A stretch of 64,000 bases of DNA from Trueperaceae bacterium (GTDB lineage: Bacteria > Deinococcota > Deinococci > Deinococcales > Trueperaceae): NCBI GenBank assembly GCA_040905465.1, contig JBBDRK010000049.1, positions 32,001-96,000 on the forward strand, written 5' to 3'. The notes beneath the pieces are model-generated. The model did not search any database. It saw nothing but the letters and a program-made list of their open reading frames with translations, and was not told where the DNA came from. Positions 27,938-38,258 of this stretch are shown here, piece after piece; position 1 is the first letter of the stretch, and the number at the start of each line of letters is the position of its first letter. A program made the position numbers and the translations under genes.

Positions 27938-30589
27938 ATGATGTCGTCCTTACGCCACCCTTTAGTGTTACTGATGCTTCTCGTTGGGTTGGCGTTTGCT
28001 CAATCGCCACAACTCGTCGCGCACGAGATGGCTTTCGTGACCGAACCCCGACAGACCGTCACTATGGCGTTCCAAGTATCAAACGAGTCGCCGGTTGAGT
28101 GGCGCGGCGCTCCAGAGCTCACTCTCCCTCCCGGTTGGCGGATACTGGTTCCTCCGACTGAACTTACTCTTCAAGCTAACGAGGTCCGAACGGTGCTTCT
28201 TCCCGTGGTCGTCCCAGCTACGGCGGCCGCAGGCAGGCACTCTCTGGAAGTCGCCTACCGGACGTTCGAACCCGATTTGGGGAAAAGCGAGCCCTTGCGG
28301 TTCAGTGTAGAGGTTCTCCAAGTCCACAAGCTCGATGTTCAGCTTTTCAGTGCACCACACTTGGTAGTGGCGGAACCATACACGCTTCACTTTCGGGTCC
28401 ATAACGCCGGGAATGTCGATGAACTGGTAGAGCTCCAGGCGAGCGGCAATCATGGCTTTCCTCTTGAGTTAACGCCGAGCACGCTCACGCTTCCCCCCGG
28501 AACCACCCAGGAAGCAACAGTTCTCGTTCTGCCACCCGCGGATCTGAACCGGCCGGTACGACACCACGTGACACTCGCTGCAGAGACGCAGCAAGCGCGA
28601 GCGACGGCGAGCTCGACTGTAGAGATCCTGGCGCTGCAGCAGGATGCCAGCCAAGGTTTCCACACTTACGAGCTGGAGATTGCAATACGCGGCCGGGTGG
28701 ACACACGTCACCTACCAGCGAGCGCGCTAGACGGCCTTGGCGGCGTCGAAATGGAAGTGCAGGGGCGCGGAGCGCTGTGGGATGGCGATCCAGGAGAGTT
28801 GCTAATTGCGCTCAAGAACTCCGCCGACCTCTCCCAGCGCCGCAACCAGGTCAGTTACCGCCACCCCGACTTCTCACTGAGTGCCGGGGATCAGAGCATC
28901 AAACTCGGCTCGCTTCTGCCGTCGATACGGGGGTTCGGCTTGGCTGGCGCAGTTCATCCCCAGGACTCGATTGTAGGCGTTCGAGGCTTTGGTGCGCTCG
29001 ATGACGGTGAACTTACGTACGGAGCGGGTTTGAATGTCGAGCCGGTACCCGACTTTGTCATCGAAGGTCAAGTTGTATACGCTGATGGTTCCGCTGTCGT
29101 CGCAGTCGAGTCCAACGTTAGTACACGACTTCGCGACGGCGGACTGGGCATCTTGGCGGTGCAGCCCGCCGTCAACTTGGCCACTTTGGCCTCGGGAGTC
29201 TACGCAGCGACGCGTGCCGTGGGAAACGATTACAACTTGCGCGGATACTTCCGCTACGAAGCGCCGGACTTCGAGGAGGGTGACCAGGCGCAAGCCAGCT
29301 ACGGCGTGAGCGGGCGGTTGCGTTCTATGCAACAAGCGGACGTGTGGCTCAGCGGTTCGTATAGTCAGCTTGATATGGCGCCGGCCAAACGAGTCCAGGC
29401 GTACAGCGGTGGACTTGACGGATTAGTTGAAGGCGTGCACTGGTCCGTACGGTACAACCACGCTCGGAAGTGGGACACGGCCGAGAACTCGCACGAGTTT
29501 GGGGTGCGGGCAACTGCCACGGTGCCACTGGCGGAAGATGCGACGCTGCGAACCGTCGGTTGGTGGGAGGAAGAGCAAGATCTTCTCACTGGCATCAACA
29601 GTCGAATCGTTGGAGTCGATGTCACCGGTTACTTCCCGTTGATGTCCGGTCGCTTTAAGGCCGGAGTGGAAGCAGAGTTCGACATGTTTGGTGTCAAAGC
29701 GACACAGCTGGGTGCATTGCTGGGCTGGGATGGAGCCGTAACCGATTACACCCGGCTCGGTATGGACGCCCAGGTGATCGTTGGAGACAAGAATCGAGTG
29801 GATCTGTCAGTTGGCGGTAGCCACGACCTAGCCGATGGCTCCACGTTCGCCGCGACTGTCTCTGGCTCAATACCCTGGAATGGGGCATCTCGTGTAAAAG
29901 GCCAAGTGGGAGTCACGGTGCCTGTGAGCCTCGTGATCGGCCGCAAGAAGGATGTTGCCGAAGTTAGCGGCCGAATCGTAGACGGTAGGGGAGTAGGGGT
30001 CCAAGGAGTCGTCGTCTGGCTGGCGGGCTTCACGGACGTGACTGCCGAGGACGGCACATTCATATTCCCTGCAGCGCCGTTGGGTACGCACGCCATTACG
30101 CTGCGCGGCATGAAACCTGGCTACGTTACGCTTCCCGCACTGCCCCTGAAACTCGAAATCGTGGAAGGAGATAACGCGGAAGTCGAGTTCGAATTGTTCC
30201 GGGCTGGCGTTCTGCAAGGGCGAGTTGAGCTGCAAGTGCCCGAATCGGCCGGTTCGGCACCAGGATCAGGCGTGGTCGTGGGTGCAGGAGGACCTGTCGA
30301 CCCCGGGAGGCTGTTGGGAGGCATTACCCTGGTTGTGACCGGGCCCGGAGTAGACCAAAGGGTAGCGGTAAACGGCGATGGCACCTTCCGACTCACTCAC
30401 CTTTCGCCTGGCGAGTGGCAGGTGCGGGCCATGTCACAGAGCCTGCCTGAGTACTACAGGCTCGAAACCATGAGCCAAACTGTGACCCTTCGCGAGGGCG
30501 GCGAAGCGAGTGTCTCGTTCAGCTTGATTCCGGTTCAGAGGAGGATCAGATTTACCGGGGGCGGCGTACTAGGTAACGGAACTAAATAG
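27938..30589 (+). CDS. Putative usher-like outer-membrane protein (N-terminal Ig/NEW3-like domains, beta-barrel, two C-terminal beta-sandwich domains)
   Basis: 883 aa with signal peptide; LTLPPGW and VHNAGNVDE Ig repeats; long amphipathic beta-strand region; VSGRIVD..TAEDGTFIF and DGTFRLTHLSPGEWQV domains. Confidence 0.6.
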   Translation: MMSSLRHPLVLLMLLVGLAFAQSPQLVAHEMAFVTEPRQTVTMAFQVSNESPVEWRGAPELTLPPGWRILVPPTELTLQANEVRTVLLPVVVPATAAAGRHSLEVAYRTFEPDLGKSEPLRFSVEVLQVHKLDVQLFSAPHLVVAEPYTLHFRVHNAGNVDELVELQASGNHGFPLELTPSTLTLPPGTTQEATVLVLPPADLNRPVRHHVTLAAETQQARATASSTVEILALQQDASQGFHTYELEIAIRGRVDTRHLPASALDGLGGVEMEVQGRGALWDGDPGELLIALKNSADLSQRRNQVSYRHPDFSLSAGDQSIKLGSLLPSIRGFGLAGAVHPQDSIVGVRGFGALDDGELTYGAGLNVEPVPDFVIEGQVVYADGSAVVAVESNVSTRLRDGGLGILAVQPAVNLATLASGVYAATRAVGNDYNLRGYFRYEAPDFEEGDQAQASYGVSGRLRSMQQADVWLSGSYSQLDMAPAKRVQAYSGGLDGLVEGVHWSVRYNHARKWDTAENSHEFGVRATATVPLAEDATLRTVGWWEEEQDLLTGINSRIVGVDVTGYFPLMSGRFKAGVEAEFDMFGVKATQLGALLGWDGAVTDYTRLGMDAQVIVGDKNRVDLSVGGSHDLADGSTFAATVSGSIPWNGASRVKGQVGVTVPVSLVIGRKKDVAEVSGRIVDGRGVGVQGVVVWLAGFTDVTAEDGTFIFPAAPLGTHAITLRGMKPGYVTLPALPLKLEIVEGDNAEVEFELFRAGVLQGRVELQVPESAGSAPGSGVVVGAGGPVDPGRLLGGITLVVTGPGVDQRVAVNGDGTFRLTHLSPGEWQVRAMSQSLPEYYRLETMSQTVTLREGGEASVSFSLIPVQRRIRFTGGGVLGNGTK

Positions 30590-30687
30590 CCCAAACTTCC
30601 GGCTAACGCGGTCACGTCGAGCATCTCGTCGCCGCGCTTCATGGCGAGCCGCAGACCATCTTCGTGGCGGAAGGCTAACAAAATCAC
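30590..30687 (-). pseudogene. 5' remnant of a possible fumarylacetoacetate-hydrolase-family gene
   Basis: AAGGAG RBS then VILLAFRHEDGLRLAMKRGDEMLDVTAL. It runs straight into the end of the usher-like gene. Confidence 0.35.
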
Positions 30688-30966
30688 ATGGCGCTCCTTT
30701 CATCGGGGGCACCGGCCACGGCGAGGGGAACGAGAGGATGGATCGGGCGCCTGATCAAGTGAAGCCAGCGGCTCTCATCGACGAGCTCCATCGTCTCGCT
30801 TGCGAGCTTGCTATTTCACGTCGCTGCTTACCGATGGTGGTCAGTTGGTTGGACTGTACCTTGCTTTCCCGGCCTAATTTGATCGAGAAGAGGGAACTCG
30901 AAGAGGTAAACACGCCGCCGTTGCCGGTGATCGGCCGAACCGTAACCGTGCCGACCCCTCAGCAGC

Positions 30967-31803
30967 TCACATCCTGGCCGCCTTCGGATCGAACTGAGTC
31001 CGCAACCAGTCACCGAGTATATTGATGGACAGGACCGTCAGCATAATGGCGAAGCCGGGGAAGGTCGCTATCCACCATGCAATGGCCAGGTAGCTGCGGC
31101 CGTCGGCAAGCATGTTTCCCCAGGACGGGAGGGAAGGCTCGACGCCGAGGCCGAGGAAGCTGAGGGCCGACTCCATGATGATCATCCGGGCCATCTCGAA
31201 AGTGGCGATCACGATCAGGGGCGCGAGTGTGTTCGGGATAATGTGACGCAGAACGATTCGGTCATCTCGGCCACCGAGCGCGCGAACTGCCTGGATGAAG
31301 TCCCGCTCCCGCAGACTTAACACCTGCGAACGGATTACTCTGGCGTAGGCGACCCAACTGGTGAGACCCAGCACGATGATGATGTTGATCAAACCTGGGC
31401 CCAGGATTGCCACCACTGCCAGGGCGAGCAGCACGAACGGAAACGCCAGGAAAACGTTGATGAGCCAACTGACGACGTCGTCGATCCAGCCGCCGTAGTA
31501 ACCGGCGACTGCGCCGAGCAGGACTCCTACCGTGCCTGCGATCAGGACCGACGCAGCGGCAACGATGAGAGAGACGCGGGCACCATATACGATCCGGCTG
31601 AGAACGTCCCGCCCCAGCTGATCGGTGCCCAGCAAGTGCCCCTGATCCAAAGCCGGGGCACTGAGCCTCAGCGGCAAGGATTGCTGTGCCGGGTCGGGCA
31701 TCGGCAAAATTCCGGCGAACAGGCTGCAACCCACCAGTACCAGCAGCAGCACGACACTGGCAAGGAGTCCGGCGTCCGGCCGGCCTCTCTTGAAAACCGA
31801 CAT
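30967..31803 (-). CDS. Peptide/nickel ABC transporter permease (DppC-like), orphan
   Basis: LGTDQLGRDVLSRIVYGARVSL, ESALSFLGLG, PSWGNML. Confidence 0.92.
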   Translation of the reverse strand: MSVFKRGRPDAGLLASVVLLLVLVGCSLFAGILPMPDPAQQSLPLRLSAPALDQGHLLGTDQLGRDVLSRIVYGARVSLIVAAASVLIAGTVGVLLGAVAGYYGGWIDDVVSWLINVFLAFPFVLLALAVVAILGPGLINIIIVLGLTSWVAYARVIRSQVLSLRERDFIQAVRALGGRDDRIVLRHIIPNTLAPLIVIATFEMARMIIMESALSFLGLGVEPSLPSWGNMLADGRSYLAIAWWIATFPGFAIMLTVLSINILGDWLRTQFDPKAARM

Positions 31804-31829
31804 ATCTCTTTGCGGGCCGACTCCGTCGA

Positions 31830-31931
31830 TCACGAGTCGTACCTGATCCTCGGATCCAGCCAAGCGTAGAGCACATCCACCAGTAGATTCACAAACACAT
31901 AGATCAGCGCTCCCAGAATCACGGTGGTTTG
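31830..31931 (-). pseudogene. 3' remnant of a DppB-like permease
   Basis: QTTVILGALIYVFVNLLVDVLYAWLDPRIRYDS*. Confidence 0.85.
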
Positions 31932-31932
31932 C

Positions 31933-32829
31933 CTAGTTGCCGTTGTTACCTCGTGGGCCCTTGGCGTTCTCGGCGCCGGGTCCGGTCGTGGGCACCCCCG
32001 GTTCAACGGAGGTTACGGCGTCGGCGCTGGCGGAATTGCCCGCCTCGTCTGTCACCGTGTAGCCGACCGAGTAAGACACCAAACCGCCCTTGTCGAGGGT
32101 CGCCAGGTCGCTGAACGAGAAGTCCTCGGAACCGATGGTTGCCCCGGAAATCGAGCCTGCTGCCGAACTCGGTGAGGCACTATCCAGGACGATACTTGCT
32201 ACCCCGGAGAGGCCGTCAGCTGCACTGACGTCCGCCGTCACGCCGGTCATCTGCTGGTTCGGCGGCGAGATCCTGGCCGGGCTGACGCCGACCGAGATCG
32301 TGGGGGCGGTCTTGTCGATGCTGATCCCGGCGACCTCGAAGCTGGCGCTGTTACCGGCCTTGTCCGTGGCGGTGCCCCTGACTTTCTGCCCACCGGCTTC
32401 ACTGCTCACGACGACGTCGGGGCTTACACCCGCGAGACCGGACGTCGCGTCACTGGCAGCGAAGCTGACGGTCACCTTGCTGTGGTTCCAGCCGGCCGTG
32501 TTCGCCTGCGGGCTGCGGGAGCCGCCGATCGTTGGCGGCGTCGCGTCACGCATGATGGTCACGCTCTCGCTGGCCGTGCCACCGGCCGACGTCGCCGAGC
32601 AGGTGAACGAGACACCGTTCGTGTCGCTCGAAACGGTCGTCCGCTCACAGCCGCTCTTGGAGCTGACTGCGGATTCCGGATCGGACACGTCCCAGTCCAC
32701 CGTCACGTTCGAGGTGTACCAGCCGTTGCTGCCTGCCGTGCCGCTGATCCTCGGCGAGATGACCGGGGGCGTGGTGTCGACCGGACCGCCATAGATGAAG
32801 TAGACGGCGTCGCACAACGTCGCTCTCAT
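31933..32829 (-). pseudogene. C-terminal fragment of a surface protein with Ig-like (DxTPP) repeats
   Basis: DTTPP, DATPP and DKTAP repeats, NGWY..VTV, ATDKAGN, VTDEAGN. No signal peptide. Confidence 0.65.
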
Positions 32830-33080
32830 CGGGATCGTGGGATTTGGTTGAGGGTTCAGAAACTCAGCGAGAAATCACAGGTTGAACTACGCCGTCGCCC
32901 CACCAATTCCGACGGCAAGGGCGTTCGAAACAGTCGAGACGTCGGGTTCCAGCGCTAAAACCAAACTGTCGAGCAGCAGCGGTCCTTGCAAAGGCATTCT
33001 TCTGAACCGCCACTTCAAAATTTCATGATACCGAGCCATACGCCGCGATCTCTTCCAGCCATACCGTGAAGTCATGATAC

Positions 33081-33569
33081 GTGGACACGCTTCTGGGCCG
33101 TTGGCTGCCAGCGTACCGCCGCCACGCCAAGCGTCGCACCAGCGCCGCCCCCAAGTTCTACTTCGCCGACGTCGGAGTGGTGAATCATTTGACGCGCCGC
33201 GGTCAACTCAGTCCCCGCACGGAGCTATACGGCAAAGCGTTCGAGAATTGGATCCACCATGAATTGAGCGCCTACAACTCGTACTCAGAGTCCTACTCTC
33301 GTTTAAGCTACTGGCGACTCACTACAGGGATCGAGGTCGACTTCATCGTCAACGACATGCAAGTAGCCATCGAAGCCAAGGCAACCGCGAAAGTCGTCGA
33401 TCACCACCTCAAAGGCCTTCGCGAGCTGTTCAAGGACTACCCCAACGTCGCCCAACGCGTCGTCGTGAGCCTGGAACCAAAGACCCGCAAGACCACCGAT
33501 GGAATCCTCATCCTGTCTCCACCCGACTTCGCGCACAAACTCGGCACCGGGGAGTTGCTCGGGAGCTGA
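33081..33569 (+). pseudogene. C-terminal DUF4143-like part of an AAA ATPase/PD-(D/E)xK protein
   Basis: PKFYFADVG, GKAFEN, SYWR..G.EVDFI, AIEAK. The ATPase half is missing. Confidence 0.8.
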
Positions 33570-33650
33570 ACTTGCCCACTTCGAGCAAGGCAAGTGGAGA
33601 TCAGTGAGCCACTCCACCGGCACCTCGGTAAGGCCGCCTAACGAATAGGG

Positions 33651-34130
33651 ATGATCGTAGCCCATCAGCGAGGAGTCGTAGGCAACGCCCTGATCTCCGG
33701 TGCAATCCCGCCGTCTCACATTGCCGGAGGCTACCAAGGGGAGGTGAGCGAACGGCAGCCTCCCATGTTCTTTCCATTGGGTGGGGGGACACTCAAGGGC
33801 GTATCGAAACCGGGTGAGGTGGTGTGGAGTCGCGTGTTCGTGATGGATGGTCGGCTGCACGTGGATCTTGGCCGGGCCAGCGCGGTGGAGTTGCCGATTG
33901 AGGAGACCGAGCGGCGTTGGCAGGCGACCACACCCCAGTGGCCGATGATGCATGCGGTACTGCACGGGGTGAGCAGGGATCAGATGATGGCCCGGCACAA
34001 GGCCAATCACATCCAGGTGGCCTACGGGTCCAGTGCAGAGGAGGCCGATAGGGCATTGGCGGTCAAGGCAGCTATGTTCCACGAATTGGGCGTGAAGGTT
34101 CACCTGTGCGGCGACGTGAGTTTGGGTTGA
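33651..34130 (+). pseudogene. C-terminal fragment of a fucose/arabinose isomerase-like protein
   Basis: RQPPMFFPLGGGT, KPGEVVWSR, TTPQWPMMHA, KANHIQVAYG. Translationally coupled to an FGGY kinase remnant. Confidence 0.65.
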
Positions 34131-34410
34131 TGACGCAGCTGCTGCTCGGAATCGATGTTGGTACCTACTCTTCAACGGGCGTGCTGGTGGACCTGGAGGG
34201 GCAGGTCCTAAAGAGCGAGGTGGTGCCGCATACCATGGATGTGCCTCATCCTGGCTGTGCCGAGTAGGACGCCGACGCGGTCTGGTGGGGCGACGTGGTG
34301 AAGTTGTGCCGCAAGCTGCTGGATGGCGATCCCTACCGGGGCGAGGACATCGCCGGTGTGGCAATGAGTGCGATAGGTCCCTGCCTGTTGCCGCTCGATC
34401 GAGCCGCGCG
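34130..34410 (+). pseudogene. FGGY-family carbohydrate kinase, nonsense-mutated 5' fragment
   Basis: MTQLLLGIDVGTYSSTGVLVD...PHPGCAE*DADAVWW...SAIGPCLLPLD, with an in-frame TAG at 34265. Confidence 0.85.
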
Positions 34411-34574
34411 TTCCATTTCAATGACAGCCCTTCCAAATCGAGTAGATCTGGAGGTTCCTGTGCCCAAACGATTACCGCACGCCTGGTCTCACTCCACGCC
34501 AACCAGGCCCGGGTAGCGACCACCAGCGCCCAAACCTCGTGGCTCCTGACTCGCGAGCCGCCGGCCAGACGCCG

Positions 34575-36041
34575 TTACCCAGCCAAGGCGCCGTCGTAAA
34601 CCGTTTCCAAATCAAGCAGATACACCGTGCGCATGACCTCCGTGACAGCATCCTGGAAGCCGCTGGTGCAACCGCCCGCTGCGGCAAACAGCATCGGCGC
34701 ATCGGGTTCAAGCGCCTGGGCGGCCCAGGCGAGACCAGAATCCCGCGCTCGTTCCAGCATTCCCAGATGGTCCCACAGCACTTTCGCGCCTATTGGCTTA
34801 CGGTTCCACTTGATGCTACCGGTCAGGCAACGTGAGTCGCCGAGTCTCGCAACGACGTCGAACTCTAGTGATCGGCGATTTCGGTCGGAACCCTCCCATC
34901 TTCCCCACTCGACAACCAGCGGAAGCTTCATTTTGCCGGCCAATCGGTCGTAAGCCTGCTGCACGAGTCGCTCGAACTCGTGCCCCATGTAGGTGTCCAG
35001 GTAAGGCTCGATCTTCTCTCGCCACACCCTGTCGGCCGAGTAGCGCTCCAAAGCACTGACGTTCGGCTCGATGAACCTCTGATGAAAACGAAGCGCCGGG
35101 TCCGCAGCATAGTACCGAACCGGTTCCGAACGCCCGGCGAACATATTCCTGCGGCCCTCGAAATAGCCAAGCTCGACAAGCTTGTCCAACTTGGCCCGAA
35201 AGGTCCGGTTGTTCTCTAATCCTGTTGCATTACTTATCTCGTTTCGTAGAGTGTTTCCGCTCGCAACCGCCCTCACTATGCTGCGATACTGCGCGACCTC
35301 CCTAAGTCCCTCCTCCTGCTCTATCGCCGTCTCGACGAGAGCACGTATTTCCCCATCCGGCGCCAGCATGAGACGCTGCGCGTTACCGGTCAGATCCAAG
35401 CCGCCGTCGATGGCAGCCAGGTAGCGGGGCGTTCCACCGAAGATTCCGTAGGCAAGAGCTTTCTCCCGTGCCGTTTCGAACGGAAGCATCTTGGCGGCAT
35501 TCCAATAGTCGAACGGCCTCAAGCTGTGCTGCCACGAAAACCTTCCGTAGAGGGGAGCGCCCCCTCCTGCGAGTGCTTCCATCGTTCCAACCGCACTTCC
35601 TGCGAGCACCAACAGGAACGAGCGCTGTTGCCGTCGGCGCTCCCACTCGGCATTGAGCTCGCTGGCTACTTCGGCCAGTCCGCGCTCGGGCCCGGCGAGA
35701 TACTGGAACTCGTCTAGCACGACGACCACCTGCTGAGGTTCGTTGAGCTCCAGCAGTAAGCGGAATACCGTTCTCCACGTCGGGTAGTCCTCCGGCCTGA
35801 TGTCCTCGCCTGTCCAGTCAGCCAGATCTCTGAGCAACTGGACCCTGTTCAGCTCCCCGGTCACGTTTGCTGCGGTGAATAGGAAAAACTTCCTTTCGCC
35901 CCAGGTGTGGGTGAGCAGGAAGGTCTTACCAACGCGGCGCCTCCCGGTCACGAGGGCCATGCGGTACACCTCACCCTCGAGCAACTTCAGAAGCTGCACT
36001 TGCTCGTACTCCCGATCAACCAGTCGATTCAGGTCGTTCAT
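34575..36041 (-). CDS. Archaeal-type AAA ATPase with C-terminal DUF234/restriction-endonuclease-like domain
   Basis: VDRE, GRRRVGKT, VLDEFQY, PLYGR, GGTPRYL, GRWE...EFDVVA...GSIKW. Confidence 0.85.
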   Translation of the reverse strand: MNDLNRLVDREYEQVQLLKLLEGEVYRMALVTGRRRVGKTFLLTHTWGERKFFLFTAANVTGELNRVQLLRDLADWTGEDIRPEDYPTWRTVFRLLLELNEPQQVVVVLDEFQYLAGPERGLAEVASELNAEWERRRQQRSFLLVLAGSAVGTMEALAGGGAPLYGRFSWQHSLRPFDYWNAAKMLPFETAREKALAYGIFGGTPRYLAAIDGGLDLTGNAQRLMLAPDGEIRALVETAIEQEEGLREVAQYRSIVRAVASGNTLRNEISNATGLENNRTFRAKLDKLVELGYFEGRRNMFAGRSEPVRYYAADPALRFHQRFIEPNVSALERYSADRVWREKIEPYLDTYMGHEFERLVQQAYDRLAGKMKLPLVVEWGRWEGSDRNRRSLEFDVVARLGDSRCLTGSIKWNRKPIGAKVLWDHLGMLERARDSGLAWAAQALEPDAPMLFAAAGGCTSGFQDAVTEVMRTVYLLDLETVYDGALAG

Positions 36042-36204
36042 ATGACCTGTCAGTATAGTTACATGTCAGCGCGATGACAACCCACGGTAGCTCGGTTCTG
36101 GCTCAGCAGGAGGGGCTGCTGGGCAGCGCCCACCTGCGGCAGGTCGCCGCGGTCGCTCGAGGCGGCAACACAGGTTCCTACACGCAACGATGAAAGGGCA
36201 ATCG

Positions 36205-36780
36205 ATGCTTCGCAGCAGACAGATCGTAATCATCTCTCTCGCGTTCCTCCTCGCCGGTCTCGCGCCGAGCCTGGCACAGCAGGAAGCGACGCAGGCGACG
36301 CCAGAAGGCTTCGACAAGCACCTGGCCTACATGGCACCGGCGTATTCGATCCCCAGGCCGAAGGACCCGGAGCCGACGTCTACCACCGAGAAATCATGGA
36401 GCGGTCCGACGAAGAGATCGAGCAGGCGCGCACGGACGCCGAAACTTTCTTCAACGAGCGCTTCGGCATGGACTTCTCAGACGCCGAAGTCGATGAGAAC
36501 GGCGTCAAGGAGATTAAAGGCGCCACCCTCCAGGACTTCATGCTCCACCCCAACCGGGATTACCGCGCCTACACGGTATCCGGCGAGGCCGTAGCCAGCG
36601 AAGGCTGGGAAGTCAGAGACGGCGGTTGGCGGATCGACTTCACCGAGGAAACGACCCTGACGGGCAACTGGGGCGGCGACGAAGGTACCAGCGTGCCGGC
36701 GGGATCCTTCGTAGTCTTCGGCAACTACAACATCGACGTGCCCGGCGAAGACAACATCATCATCCACTACGAGTCGGGCA
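36205..36780 (+). pseudogene. Frameshifted, 3'-truncated secreted acidic protein
   Basis: The signal-peptide frame (…APSLA-QQ…LAYMA) continues in another frame (TGVFDPQAE…MERSDEEI…FFNERFG) after an apparent 1-nt loss near 36335. Confidence 0.65.
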
Positions 36781-36988
36781 GACTCACGCCCGCATCTCGG
36801 CAAGTGCGGCGACGAAAGAGCTCGCTGCGAAGCTCAGCGTGAAAGTGGGCCATCCCCTGCTACGATTCACGACGGTTGCCTTCCTGGTGGATGGGCGGCC
36901 GGCGTACTGCAGCTTTTCGTATCAAGACAGCAAGGTCCTTGAAGTGCGGGTAGTCCGGACTCGAAGCACGGGTGCCTTACCTGGGTGA
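36780..36988 (+). pseudogene. UTRA-domain (GntR/HutC) C-terminal remnant
   Basis: ARISASAATKELAAKLSVKVGHPLLRFTTVAFLVDGRPAY. Confidence 0.6.
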
Positions 36989-37082
36989 CTGTGTGAAGCC
37001 TGGGGAACCTAGCCTGCCCTGAAGTAGCGACGCTTCGGATCCCGCGGTCCCGGCAGCTTTGCCGCCGCAATGCACGGGCAGA

Positions 37083-37991
37083 TCAGTAATTCAAGCCCGT
37101 GCGTCTCCAGGAACAACCGTTCCATCTGTACCTGGCGGTCGCCGAGCCGGACGCGCTGATCCGCTTCCCGCTGGCGATCTCGGTGACGCTCCCACGGTAC
37201 GTGAGCGAAACGACGGCGCTTTGACCGTCAACCCGCTGATCACGAACGTCGTACGAGTACGCGAGACCGGTATAAAGGCTGCCGTAGGTGGCCCTGGCAT
37301 CGCGCAGGAACTCGCTTATCGTGGCCGACATTGCCGAGCCAAGCTGAGACTCGTCCGGCTCCAGGTCGCAGGCCAGACCAGGCCCAGTCCCGTCCAAGGT
37401 GCCCGTCGCGCTCGCCGGACCGTTCCTGCCGGACGCGACCAGTTCGGCCACATCGAAGGAGAACGCATAGCTCAACCCGAGCGAGAGGAACGGGACCGTA
37501 TTAGTCCTGTCGAGCAGCGGAACCCGCGCTGCGCCTGCCTCGAGATCGAGGCGCAGCCGTTGGGCAAGGGGAACGTGTGCCCCGATCGCCGCGAACGGCA
37601 CCGCTCCGCCAGCGTGGCCACCGACGCCCGCTTCCAGGAACACCGGCACCGGCATGCCGGGAACCGGCGGGTAACCGCGCAGGGCGAACGCCCCGTAGAC
37701 TCCTGCCGCGGAACTCCACGACCCGCGAACAGCCAAGCCGAAGTACCGGTACTGCACGGCGGCATTCAGGGCGAGCGTCTGGTAGGCAGGGAAGCCGGCG
37801 GAAACACCGAACGATGCAAGGCCGAGAACCGGCTCCGCCTCTGCCCGGTCGCCTCTGGATTCTTGGGCCAGGGCAGCTCCCGACATCAGCGCGAACAGCG
37901 CCAGGCATATGAGCCGACGACGCGGCGAAGCTCCCCGGCCGTTTCGTCGGCCCTTGCGCCGGCCCTTTCGTCCGCGCACTTCCATCGACAT
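37083..37991 (-). CDS. Secreted or outer-membrane hypothetical protein
   Basis: Basic N-terminus and signal peptide (…AALA-QE), amphipathic beta-strands, C-terminal domain with two Cys. Confidence 0.65.
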   Translation of the reverse strand: MSMEVRGRKGRRKGRRNGRGASPRRRLICLALFALMSGAALAQESRGDRAEAEPVLGLASFGVSAGFPAYQTLALNAAVQYRYFGLAVRGSWSSAAGVYGAFALRGYPPVPGMPVPVFLEAGVGGHAGGAVPFAAIGAHVPLAQRLRLDLEAGAARVPLLDRTNTVPFLSLGLSYAFSFDVAELVASGRNGPASATGTLDGTGPGLACDLEPDESQLGSAMSATISEFLRDARATYGSLYTGLAYSYDVRDQRVDGQSAVVSLTYRGSVTEIASGKRISASGSATARYRWNGCSWRRTGLNY

Positions 37992-38105
37992 CCAGCCCTC
38001 CTCGAGCCTAATTACCGCGCCGTACCATCCGCCACCTGCCCGACGCCCGTCAGGAGTGCTGGCTGTGCAATGCCGGATCGCTCCCGCTCACGTTAGCATT
38101 GCGCG

Positions 38106-38258
38106 GTGATCACCGGCTCCCCCGTAAAGCGCTCCCCGGACGCGAGTTTCGGCTCCGGCTTTCGCGCCATGCTCCCCCTGTGGGTCGGCGTCATCCCCTT
38201 CGGCATGGCCTATGCCGTCAGCGCCCGGGCAGCAGGATTGAGCCTGTTCGACACCTAA
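38106..38258 (+). pseudogene. AzlC-family permease 5' remnant
   Basis: GFRAMLPLWVGVIPFGMAYAVSARAAGLSLFDT*. Confidence 0.75.

Noticed and set aside
34265-34267. In-frame TAG (and the TGA near 19454) as stop-codon recoding
   Set aside because: Both lie in truncated remnants, and TAG and TGA end many intact genes in this window.
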